Of a stretch of 64,000 nucleotides of DNA, positions 52,190 to 64,000 are shown piece after piece; the stretch's first letter is position 1, and each line of letters opens with the position of its first letter. Location: contig OZ176053.1 in assembly GCA_964247055.1 (NCBI GenBank), positions 6,448,001-6,512,000 of the forward strand, written 5' to 3'. A program made the translations under genes and the position numbers. Source of the DNA: Paragordius varius. Taxonomy: Eukaryota > Animalia > Nematomorpha. Below the pieces are notes generated by a model that did not search any database, had not been told where the DNA came from, and was given only the letters and a program-made list of their open reading frames with translations.

Positions 52190-55100
52190 AGCATGGGTAA
52201 TTAAATTAGATCGGTGAAAAGTGATGGGTAATTGTTGGTAAAAGTAATATTAGCTTGGGTATTTATTTGATTGTTGAAAAGTGAGGAATGATTGTTGGAA
52301 ATATTAATAGTAGCCGCTTAATATTAATATTAGCACGAGTAATATAATACGAATTATGGACTAATACTAGCACAGTATATTAATTGATTGCAATTACTTA
52401 TAGTATAACTGGTAATATTATTTAAATGTTGGAAATGATACCAGCACGGGTATTGTTATACTATTTTTGGAAATACTATCACAGTTAATACTAATTGATT
52501 GTATTACTAATATTAACACGGTTAACATTATTTGACTGTTAGAAATACTACAACTAGCACGCTTAATGTTTTTTGATTGTTGAAAAGTAATGGTTGATTG
52601 TTGGAGTTATTAGAATCAGCACGCATTATTTGATTGTTAAAAAATAATGGGTGATTGTTAGAAATACTAATATCATAACGCTTACAATTATTTGATTGTT
52701 GAAAAGTAATGGTTGATTGGTGGAATAGTAATACCCGCATATAATTATTTGATTGTTGAAAAGCAATGGTTGGTGGAAATACTAATACCCGCACGCTTAT
52801 AATTATTTGATTGTTGAAAACCAATGGTTGATTGGTGAAAATAGTAATACCCGTACGCTTATAATCATTTGATTGTTGAAAAATGGTTGATTGGTGGAAA
52901 TAGTAATACCCGAACGCTCAAATTATTTGATTGTTGAAAAATGGTTGATCATTAGAAATAGTAATACCTACACGCCTAAAATTATTTGATTGTTGAAAAG
53001 TAATGGTTGATTAATGGAATTCCTAATACCCGAACGCTTAAAATTATTTGATTGTTGAAAAGTAATGGTTGATTAATGGAAATACTAATACCCGAACGCT
53101 TAAAATTATTTGATTGTTGAAAAGTACTTGTTGATTGGTGTAAATACTAATACCCGAACGCTTAAAATAATTTCATTATTGAAAAGTAATGGTTGATTAG
53201 TGGAAATACTAATACCCGCACGCTTATAATTATTTGATTGTTGAAAAGTAATGGTTGATTGGTGGAAATAGTAATATCCGCACGCTTATAATTATTTGAT
53301 TGTTGAAAAGTAATGGTTGATTGGTGGAAATAGTAATACCCGAACGCTTAAAATTATTTGATTATTGAAAAGTAATGCTTGATTGGTGGAAATAGTACCC
53401 GTACGCTTAAAATTATTTGATTGTTGAAAAGTAATGGTTGATTGGTGGAAATAGTAATACCCGCACGCTTATAATTATTTGATTGTTGAAAAGTAATGGT
53501 TGATTGGTGGAAATAGTAATACCCGCACGCTTATAATTATTTGATTGTTGAAAAGTAATGGTTGATTGGTGGAAATAGTAATACCCGCACGCTTATAATT
53601 ATTTGATTGTTGAAAAGTAATGGTTGATTGGTGGAAATAGTAATATCCGCACGCTTATAATTATTTGATTGTTGAATATTAATGGTTGATTGGTGGAAAT
53701 AGTAATACCCGCACGCTTATAATAATTTGATTGTTGAAAAGTAATGGTTGATTGGTGGAAATAGTAATACCCGCACGCTTATAATTATTTGATTGTTGAA
53801 AAGTAATGGTTGATTGGTGGAAATAGTAATACCCGCATTCTTATAATAATTTGATTGTTGAAAAGTAATGGTTGATTGGTGGAAATAGTAATACCCGCAC
53901 GCTTATAATTATTTGATTGTTGAAAATTAATGGTTGATTGGTGGAAATAGTAATACCCGCACGCTTATAATAATTTGATTGTTGAAAAGTAATGGTTGAT
54001 TGGTGGAAATAGTAATACCCGAACGCTTAAAATTATTTGATTATTGAAAAGTAATTCTTGATTGGTGGAAATAGTAATACCCGCACGCTTATAATAATTT
54101 GATTGTTGAAAAGTAATGGTTGATTGGTGGAAATAGTAATACCCGAACGCTTAAAATTATTTGATTATTGAAAAGTAATGCTTGATTGGTGGAAAATACC
54201 CGCACGCTTATAATTATTTGATTGTTGAAAAGTAATGGTTGATTGGTGGAAATAGTAATACCCGCACGCTTATAATTTTTTGATTGTTGAAAATTAATGG
54301 TTGATTGGTGGAAATAGTAATACCCGTACGCTTATAATTATTTGATTGTTGAAAAGTAATGGTTGATTGGTGGAAATAGTAATACCCGAACGCTTAAAAT
54401 TATTTGATTGTTGAAAAGTAATGGTTGATTGGTGGAAATAGTACCCGCACGCTTAAAATTATTTGATTGTTGAAAAGTAATGCTTGATTGGTGTAAATAG
54501 TAATACCCGCACGCTTATAATTATTTGATTGTTGAAAAGTAATGGTGGATTGGTGGAAATAGTAATACCCGCACGCTTATAATTATTTGATTGTTGAAAA
54601 GTAATGGTTGATTGGTGGAAATAGTAATATCCGCACGCTTATAATAATTTGATTGTTGAAAAGTAATGGTTGATTGGTGGAAATAGTAATACCCGAACGC
54701 TTAAAATTGTTTGATTATTGAAAAGTAATGCTTGATTGGTGGAACTATTAATACCCGAACGCTTAAAATTATTTGATTATTGAAAAGTAATGGTTAATTG
54801 GTGGAAATAGTAATACCCGAACGCTTAAAATTATTTGATTATTGAAAAGTAATGCTTGATTGGTGGAAATAGTATTACCCGGACGCTTATAATTATTTGA
54901 TTGTTGAAAAGTAATGGTTGATTGGTGGAAATAGTAATACCCGCACGCTTATAATTATTTGATTGTTGAAAAGTAATGGTTGATTGGTGGAAATAGTAAT
55001 ACCCGCACGCTTATAATTATTTGATTGTTGAAAAGTAATGGTTGATTGGTGGAAATAGTAATACCCGCACGCTTAAAATTATTTGATTGTTGAAAAGTAA

Positions 55101-58100
55101 TGGTTGATTGGTGGAAGTAGTAATACCCGAACGCTTAAAATTATTTGATTATTGAAAAGTAATGCTTGATTGGTGGAAATAGTACCCGTACGCCTAAAAT
55201 TATTTGATTGTTGAAAAGTAATGGTTGATTAGTGGAAATACTAATACCCGTACGCTTAAAATTATTTGATTATTGAAAAGTAATGCTTGATTGGTGGAAA
55301 TAGTACCCGTACGCCTAAAATTATTTGATTGTTGAAAAGTAATGGTTGATTAGTGGAAATACTAATACCCGTACGCTTAAAATTATTTGATTATTGAAAA
55401 GTAAGGCTTGATTGGTGGAAATAGTAATACCCGAACGCTTAAAATTATTTGATTATTGAAAAGTAATGGTTGATTGGTGGAAATATTAATACCCGAACGC
55501 TCAAATTATTTGATTGTTGAAAAATGGTTGATCATTAGAAATAGTAATACCTACACGCCTAAAATTATTTGATTGTTGAAAAGTAATGGTTGATTAATGG
55601 AATTCCTAATACCCGAACGCTTAAAATTATTTGATTGTTGAAAAGTAATGGTTGATTAATGGAAATACTAATACCCGAACGCTTAAAATTATTTGATTGT
55701 TGAAAAGTACTTGTTGATTGGTGTAAATACTAATACCCGAACGCTTAAAATAATTTCATTATTGAAAAGTAATGGTTGATTAGTGGAAATACTAATACCC
55801 GCACGCTTATAATTATTTGATTGTTGAAAAGTAATGGTTGATTGGTGGAAATAGTAATATCCGCACGCTTATAATTATTTGATTGTTGAAAAGTAATGGT
55901 TGATTGGTGGAAATAGTAATACCCGAACGCTTAAAATTATTTGATTATTGAAAAGTAATGCTTGATTGGTGGAAATAGTACCCGTACGCTTAAAATTATT
56001 TGATTGTTGAAAAGTAATGGTTGATTGGTGGAAATAGTAATACCCGCACGCTTATAATTATTTGATTGTTGAAAAGTAATGGTTGATTGGTGGAAATAGT
56101 AATACCCGCACGCTTATAATTATTTGATTGTTGAAAAGTAATGGTTGATTGGTGGAAATAGTAATACCCGCACGCTTATAATTATTTGATTGTTGAAAAG
56201 TAATGGTTGATTGGTGGAAATAGTAATATCCGCACGCTTATAATTATTTGATTGTTGAATATTAATGGTTGATTGGTGGAAATAGTAATACCCGCACGCT
56301 TATAATAATTTGATTGTTGAAAAGTAATGGTTGATTGGTGGAAATAGTAATACCCGCACGCTTATAATTATTTGATTGTTGAAAAGTAATGGTTGATTGG
56401 TGGAAATAGTAATACCCGCATGCTTATAATAATTTGATTGTTGAAAAGTAATGGTTGATTGGTGGAAATAGTAATACCCGCACGCTTATAATTATTTGAT
56501 TGTTGAAAATTAATGGTTGATTGGTGGAAATAGTAATACCCGCACGCTTATAATAATTTGATTGTTGAAAAGTAATGGTTGATTGGTGGAAATAGTAATA
56601 CCCGAACGCTTAAAATTATTTGATTATTGAAAAGTAATGCTTGATTGGTGGAAATAGTAATACCCGCACGCTTATAATAATTTGATTGTTGAAAAGTAAT
56701 GGTTGATTGGTGGAAATAGTAATACCCGAACGCTTAAAATTATTTGATTATTGAAAAGTAATGCTTGATTGGTGGAAAATACCCGCACGCTTATAATTAT
56801 TTGATTGTTGAAAAGTAATGGTTGATTGGTGGAAATAGTAATACCCGCACGCTTATAATTTTTTGATTGTTGAAAATTAATGGTTGATTGGTGGAAATAG
56901 TAATACCCGTACGCTTATAATAATTTGATTGTTGAAAAGTAATGGTTGATTGGTGGAAATAGTACCCGCACGCTTAAAATTATTTGATTGTTGAAAAGTA
57001 ATGCTTGATTGGTGTAAATAGTATTACCCGCACGCTTATAATTATTTGATTGTTGAAAAGTAATGGTGGATTGGTGGAAATAGTAATACCCGCACGCTTA
57101 TAATTATTTGATTGTTGAAAAGTAATGGTTGATTGGTGGAAATAGTAATATCCGCACGCTTATAATAATTTGATTGTTGAAAAGTAATGGTTGATTGGTG
57201 GAAATAGTAATACCCGAACGCTTAAAATTGTTTGATTATTGAAAAGTAATGCTTGATTGGTGGAACTATTAATACCCGAACGCTTAAAATTATTTGATTA
57301 TTGAAAAGTAATGGTTAATTGGTGGAAATAGTAATACCCGAACGCTTAAAATTATTTGATTATTGAAAAGTAATGCTTGATTGGTGGAAATAGTATTACC
57401 CGGACGCTTATAATTATTTGATTGTTGAAAAGTAATGGTTGATTGGTGGAAATAGTAATACCCGCACGCTTATAATTATTTGATTGTTGAAAAGTAATGG
57501 TTGATTGGTGGAAATAGTAATACCCGCACGCTTATAATTATTTGATTGTTGAAAAGTAATGGTTGATTGGTGGAAATAGTAATACCCGCACGCTTAAAAT
57601 TATTTGATTGTTGAAAAGTAATGGTTGATTGGTGGAAGTAGTAATACCCGAACGCTTAAAATTATTTGATTATTGAAAAGTAATGCTTGATTGGTGGAAA
57701 TAGTACCCGTACGCCTAAAATTATTTGATTGTTGAAAAGTAATGGTTGATTAGTGGAAATACTAATACCCGTACGCTTAAAATTATTTGATTATTGAAAA
57801 GTAATGCTTGATTGGTGGAAATAGTACCCGTACGCCTAAAATTATTTGATTGTTGAAAAGTAATGGTTGATTAGTGGAAATACTAATACCCGTACGCTTA
57901 AAATTATTTGATTATTGAAAAGTAAGGCTTGATTGGTGGAAATAGTAATACCCGAACGCTTAAAATTATTTGATTATTGAAAAGTAATGGTTGATTGGTG
58001 GAAATATTAATACCCGAACGCTCAAATTATTTGATTGTTGAAAAATGGTTGATCATTAGAAATAGTAATACCTACACGCCTAAAATTATTTGATTGTTGA

Positions 58101-61100
58101 AAAGTAATGGTTGATTAATGAAATTCCTAATACCCGAACGCTTAAAATTATTTGATTGTTGAAAAGTAATGGTTGATTAATGGAAATACTAATACCCGAA
58201 CGCTTAAAATTATTTGATTGTTGAAAAGTACTTGTTGATTGGTGTAAATACTAATACCCGAACGCTTAAAATAATTTCATTATTGAAAAGTAATGGTTGA
58301 TTAGTGGAAATACTAATACCCGCACGCTTATAATTATTTGATTGTTGAAAAGTAATGGTTGATTGGTGGAAATAGTAATATCCGCACGCTTATAATTATT
58401 TGATTGTTGAAAAGTAATGGTTGATTGGTGGAAATAGTAATACCCGAACGCTTAAAATTATTTGATTATTGAAAAGTAATGCTTGATTGGTGGAAATAGT
58501 ACCCGTACGCTTAAAATTATTTGATTGTTGAAAAGTAATGGTTGATTGGTGGAAATAGTAATACCCGCACGCTTATAATTATTTGATTGTTGAAAAGTAA
58601 TGGTTGATTGGTGGAAATAGTAATACCCGCACGCTTATAATTATTTGATTGTTGAAAAGTAATGGTTGATTGGTGGAAATAGTAATACCCGCACGCTTAT
58701 AATTATTTGATTGTTGAAAAGTAATGGTTGATTGGTGGAAATAGTAATATCCGCACGCTTATAATTATTTGATTGTTGAATATTAATGGTTGATTGGTGG
58801 AAATAGTAATACCCGCACGCTTATAATAATTTGATTGTTGAAAAGTAATGGTTGATTGGTGGAAATAGTAATACCCGCACGCTTATAATTATTTGATTGT
58901 TGAAAAGTAATGGTTGATTGGTGGAAATAGTAATACCCGCATGCTTATAATAATTTGATTGTTGAAAAGTAATGGTTGATTGGTGGAAATAGTAATACCC
59001 GCACGCTTATAATTATTTGATTGTTGAAAATTAATGGTTGATTGGTGGAAATAGTAATACCCGCACGCTTATAATAATTTGATTGTTGAAAAGTAATGGT
59101 TGATTGGTGGAAATAGTAATACCCGAACGCTTAAAATTATTTGATTATTGAAAAGTAATGCTTGATTGGTGGAAATAGTAATACCCGCACGCTTATAATA
59201 ATTTGATTGTTGAAAAGTAATGGTTGATTGGTGGAAATAGTAATACCCGAACGCTTAAAATTATTTGATTATTGAAAAGTAATGCTTGATTGGTGGAAAA
59301 TACCCGCACGCTTATAATTATTTGATTGTTGAAAAGTAATGGTTGATTGGTGGAAATAGTAATACCCGCACGCTTATAATTTTTTGATTGTTGAAAATTA
59401 ATGGTTGATTGGTGGAAATAGTAATACCCGTACGCTTATAATAATTTGATTGTTGAAAAGTAATGGTTGATTGGTGGAAATAGTACCCGCACGCTTAAAA
59501 TTATTTGATTGTTGAAAAGTAATGCTTGATTGGTGTAAATAGTATTACCCGCACGCTTATAATTATTTGATTGTTGAAAAGTAATGGTGGATTGGTGGAA
59601 ATAGTAATACCCGCACGCTTATAATTATTTGATTGTTGAAAAGTAATGGTTGATTGGTGGAAATAGTAATATCCGCACGCTTATAATAATTTGATTGTTG
59701 AAAAGTAATGGTTGATTGGTGGAAATAGTAATACCCGAACGCTTAAAATTGTTTGATTATTGAAAAGTAATGCTTGATTGGTGGAACTATTAATACCCGA
59801 ACGCTTAAAATTATTTGATTATTGAAAAGTAATGGTTAATTGGTGGAAATAGTAATACCCGAACGCTTAAAATTATTTGATTATTGAAAAGTAATGCTTG
59901 ATTGGTGGAAATAGTAATACCCGGACGCTTATAATTATTTGATTGTTGAAAAGTAATGGTTGATTGGTGGAAATAGTAATACCCGCACGCTTATAATTAT
60001 TTGATTGTTGAAAAGTAATGGTTGATTGGTGGAAATAGTAATACCCGCACGCTTATAATTATTTGATTGTTGAAAAGTAATGGTTGATTGGTGGAAATAG
60101 TAATACCCGCACGCTTAAAATTATTTGATTGTTGAAAAGTAATGGTTGATTGGTGGAAGTAGTAATACCCGAACGCTTAAAATTATTTGATTATTGAAAA
60201 GTAATGCTTGATTGGTGGAAATAGTACCCGTACGCCTAAAATTATTTGATTGTTGAAAAGTAATGGTTGATTAGTGGAAATACTAATACCCGTACGCTTA
60301 AAATTATTTGATTATTGAAAAGTAATGCTTGATTGGTGGAAATAGTACCCGTACGCCTAAAATTATTTGATTGTTGAAAAGTAATGGTTGATTAGTGGAA
60401 ATACTAATACCCGTACGCTTAAAATTATTTGATTATTGAAAAGTAAGGCTTGATTGGTGGAAATAGTAATACCCGAACGCTTAAAATTATTTGATTATTG
60501 AAAAGTAATGGTTGATTGGTGGAAATATTAATACCCGAACGCTTAAAATTATTGATTATTGAAAAGTAATGGTTAATTGGTGGAAATAGTAATACCCGCA
60601 CGCTTATAATTATTTGATTGTTGAAAAGTAATGGTTGATTGGTGGAAATAGTAATACCCGCACGCTTATAATTATTTGATTGTTGAAAAGTAATGGTTGA
60701 TTGGTGGAAATAGTAATACCCGCACGCTTATAATTATTTGATTGTTGAAAAGTAATGGTTAATTAGTGGAAATACTAATACCCGAACGCTTATAATTATT
60801 TGATTGTTGAAAGGTAATGGTTGATTAGTGGAAATACTAATATCCGCACGCTTATAATTATTTGATTGTTGAAAAGTAATGGTTGATTGGTGGAAATAGT
60901 AATACCCGAACGCTTAAAATTATTTGATTATTGAAAAGTAATGCTTGATTGGTGGAAATAGTACCCGTACGCTTAAAATTATTTGATTGTTGAAAAGTAA
61001 TGGTTGATTGGTGGAAATAGTAATACCCGCACGCTTATAATTATTTGATTGTTGAAAAGTAATGGTTGATTGGTGGAAATAGTAATACCCGCACGCTTAT

Positions 61101-64000
61101 AATTATTTGATTGTTGAAAAGTAATGGTTGATTGGTGGAAATAGTAATACCCGCACGCTTATAATTATTTGATTGTTGAAAAGTAATGGTTGATTGGTGG
61201 AAATAGTAATATCCGCACGCTTATAATTATTTGATTGTTGAATATTAATGGTTGATTGGTGGAAATAGTAATACCCGCACGCTTATAATAATTTGATTGT
61301 TGAAAAGTAATGGTTGATTGGTGGAAATAGTAATACCCGCACGCTTATAATTATTTGATTGTTGAAAAGTAATGGTTGATTGGTGGAAATAGTAATACCC
61401 GCACGCTTATAATTATTTGATTGTTGAAAAGTAATGGTTGATTGGTGGAAATAGTAATACCCGCACGCTTATAATTATTTGATTGTTGAAAAATGGTTGA
61501 TTGGTGGAAATAGTAATACCCGAACGCTTAAAATTATTTGATTATTGAAAAGTAATGCTTGATTGGTGGAAATAGTACCCGTACGCCTAAAATTATTTGA
61601 TTGTTGAAAAGTAATGGTTGATTAGTGGAAATACTAATACCCGTACGCTTAAAATTATTTGATTATTGAAAAGTAAGGCTTGATTGGTGGAAATAGTAAT
61701 ACCCGAACGCTTAAAATTATTTGATTATTGAAAAGTAATGGTTGATTGGTGGAAATATTAATACCCGAACGCTTAAAATTATTGATTATTGAAAAGTAAT
61801 GGTTAATTGGTGGAAATAGTAATACCCGCACGCTTATAATTATTTGATTGTTGAAAAGTAATGGTTGATTGGTGCAAATAGTAATACCCGCACGCTTATA
61901 ATTATTTGATTGTTGAAAAGTAATGGTTGATTAGTGGAAATACTAATACCCGCACGCTTATAATTATTTGATTGTTGAAAAGTAATGGTTGATTGGTGGA
62001 AATAGTAATATCCGCACGCTTATAATTATTTGATTGTTGAAAAGTAATGGTTGATTGGTGGAAATAGTAATACCCGAACGCTTAAAATTATTTGATTATT
62101 GAAAAGTAATGCTTGATTGGTGGAAATAGTACCCGTACGCTTAAAATTATTTGATTGTTGAAAAGTAATGGTTGATTGGTGGAAATAGTAATACCCGCAC
62201 GCTTATAATTATTTGATTGTTGAAAAGTAATGGTTGATTGGTGGAAATAGTAATACCCGCACGCTTATAATTATTTGATTGTTGAAAAGTAATGGTTGAT
62301 TAGTGGAAATACTAATACCCGCACGCTTATAATTATTTGATTGTTGAAAAGTAATGGTTGATTGGTGGAAATAGTAATATCCGCACGCTTATAATTATTT
62401 GATTGTTGAAAAGTAATGGTTGATTGGTGGAAATAGTAATACCCGAACGCTTAAAATTATTTGATTATTGAAAAGTAATGCTTGATTGGTGGAAATAGTA
62501 CCCGTACGCTTAAAATTATTTGATTGTTGAAAAGTAATGGTTGATTGGTGGAAATATTAATACCCGAACGCTTAAAATTATTGATTATTGAAAAGTAATG
62601 GTTAATTGGTGGAAATAGTAATACCCGCACGCTTATAATTATTTGATTGTTGAAAAGTAATGGTTGATTGGTGCAAATAGTAATACCCGCACGCTTATAA
62701 TTATTTGATTGTTGAAAAGTAATGGTTGATTAGTGGAAATACTAATACCCGCACGCTTATAATTATTTGATTGTTGAAAAGTAATGGTTGATTGGTGGAA
62801 ATAGTAATATCCGCACGCTTATAATTATTTGATTGTTGAAAAGTAATGGTTGATTGGTGGAAATAGTAATACCCGAACGCTTAAAATTATTTGATTATTG
62901 AAAAGTAATGCTTGATTGGTGGAAATAGTACCCGTACGCTTAAAATTATTTGATTGTTGAAAAGTAATGGTTGATTGGTGGAAATAGTAATACCCGCACG
63001 CTTATAATTATTTGATTGTTGAAAAGTAATGGTTGATTGGTGGAAATAGTAATACCCGCACGCTTATAATTATTTGATTGTTGAAAAGTAATGGTTGATT
63101 AGTGGAAATACTAATACCCGCACGCTTATAATTATTTGATTGTTGAAAAGTAATGGTTGATTGGTGGAAATAGTAATATCCGCACGCTTATAATTATTTG
63201 ATTGTTGAAAAGTAATGGTTGATTGGTGGAAATAGTAATACCCGAACGCTTAAAATTATTTGATTATTGAAAAGTAATGCTTGATTGGTGGAAATAGTAC
63301 CCGTACGCTTAAAATTATTTGATTGTTGAAAAGTAATGGTTGATTGGTGGAAATAGTAATACCCGCACGCTTATAATTATTTGATTGTTGAAAAGTAATG
63401 GTTGATTGGTGGAAATAGTAATACCCGCACGCTTATAATTATTTGATTGTTGAAAAGTAATGGTTGATTGGTGGAAATAGTAATACCCGCACGCTTATAA
63501 TTATTTGATTGTTGAAAAGTAATGGTTGATTGGTGAAAATAGTAATACCCGCACGCTTATAATTATTTGATTGTTGAAAAGTAATGGTTGATTGGTGGAA
63601 ATAGTAATACCCGAACGCTTAAAATTTTTTGATTGTTGAAAAGTAATGCTTGATTGGTGGAAATAGTACCCGTACGCTTATAATTATTTGATTGTTGAAA
63701 AGTAATGGTTGATTAGAGAAAATACTAATACCCGAACGCTTAAAATTATTTGATTGTTGAAAAGTAATGGTTGATTGGTGGAAATAGTAATACCCGCACG
63801 CTTATAATTATTTGATTGTTGAAAAAATGGTTGATTGGTGGAAATAGTAATACCCGCACGCTTATAATTATTTGATTGTTGAAAAGTAATGGTTGATTGG
63901 TGGAAATAGTACCCGTACGCTTATAATTATTTGATTGTTGAAAAGTAATGGTTGATTGGTGGAAATAGTAATACCCGAACGCTTAAAATTTTTTGATTAT
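52190..64000. repeat. 62-bp tandem satellite array (~190 monomers, runs off the window end) with higher-order structure
   Basis: Consensus TTGATTGTTGAAAAGTAATGGTTGATTGGTGGAAATAGTAATACCCGCACGCTTATAATTAT (period 62, e.g. CCC at 53460 and 53522). Monomers are degenerate at ~52190-52900 and homogeneous after ~53200. Confidence 0.98.

Noticed and set aside
53400-53520. CENP-B box in the satellite (CCCG/TTCG motifs)
   Set aside because: TTCG and CGGG overlap rather than being spaced as in the 17-bp box.
52190-64000. CRISPR array or coding repeat (incl. ORF 52528-52824)
   Set aside because: There are no unique spacers, the whole 62-bp unit repeats, the context is eukaryotic with no cas genes, and the period is not a multiple of 3, so the ORFs are artefacts.

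Overview
AT-rich animal (probably protostome) genomic DNA with spliceosomal introns; nothing prokaryotic. Six protein genes could be rebuilt exon by exon: the 5' part of an NMDA-receptor GluN2-type subunit (minus, runs off the window start), CFIm25/NUDT21 (+), MMD/PAQR10-11 (minus, not in the supplied ORF track), a C-type-lectin-bearing contactin (+), a CHPF/chondroitin-synthase-family glycosyltransferase (+) and RBM15/spenito (+). Introns fall into two size groups: ultrashort ones of 22-35 nt, several frame-restoring, and long ones filled with transposons. There is also a 12-nt microexon and a probable GC-AG intron. Intergenic and intronic DNA holds decayed RTE/RTEX LINEs, hAT elements, a piggyBac-like TTAA MITE family, and a Chapaev3-like long-TIR element in a three-level nested stack. 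The last ~11.8 kb is a 62-bp satellite with a decayed proximal edge and a ~2.5-kb higher-order repeat that changes distally to 6-7-mer periods. All homology calls come from recalled family motifs, not from database searches.
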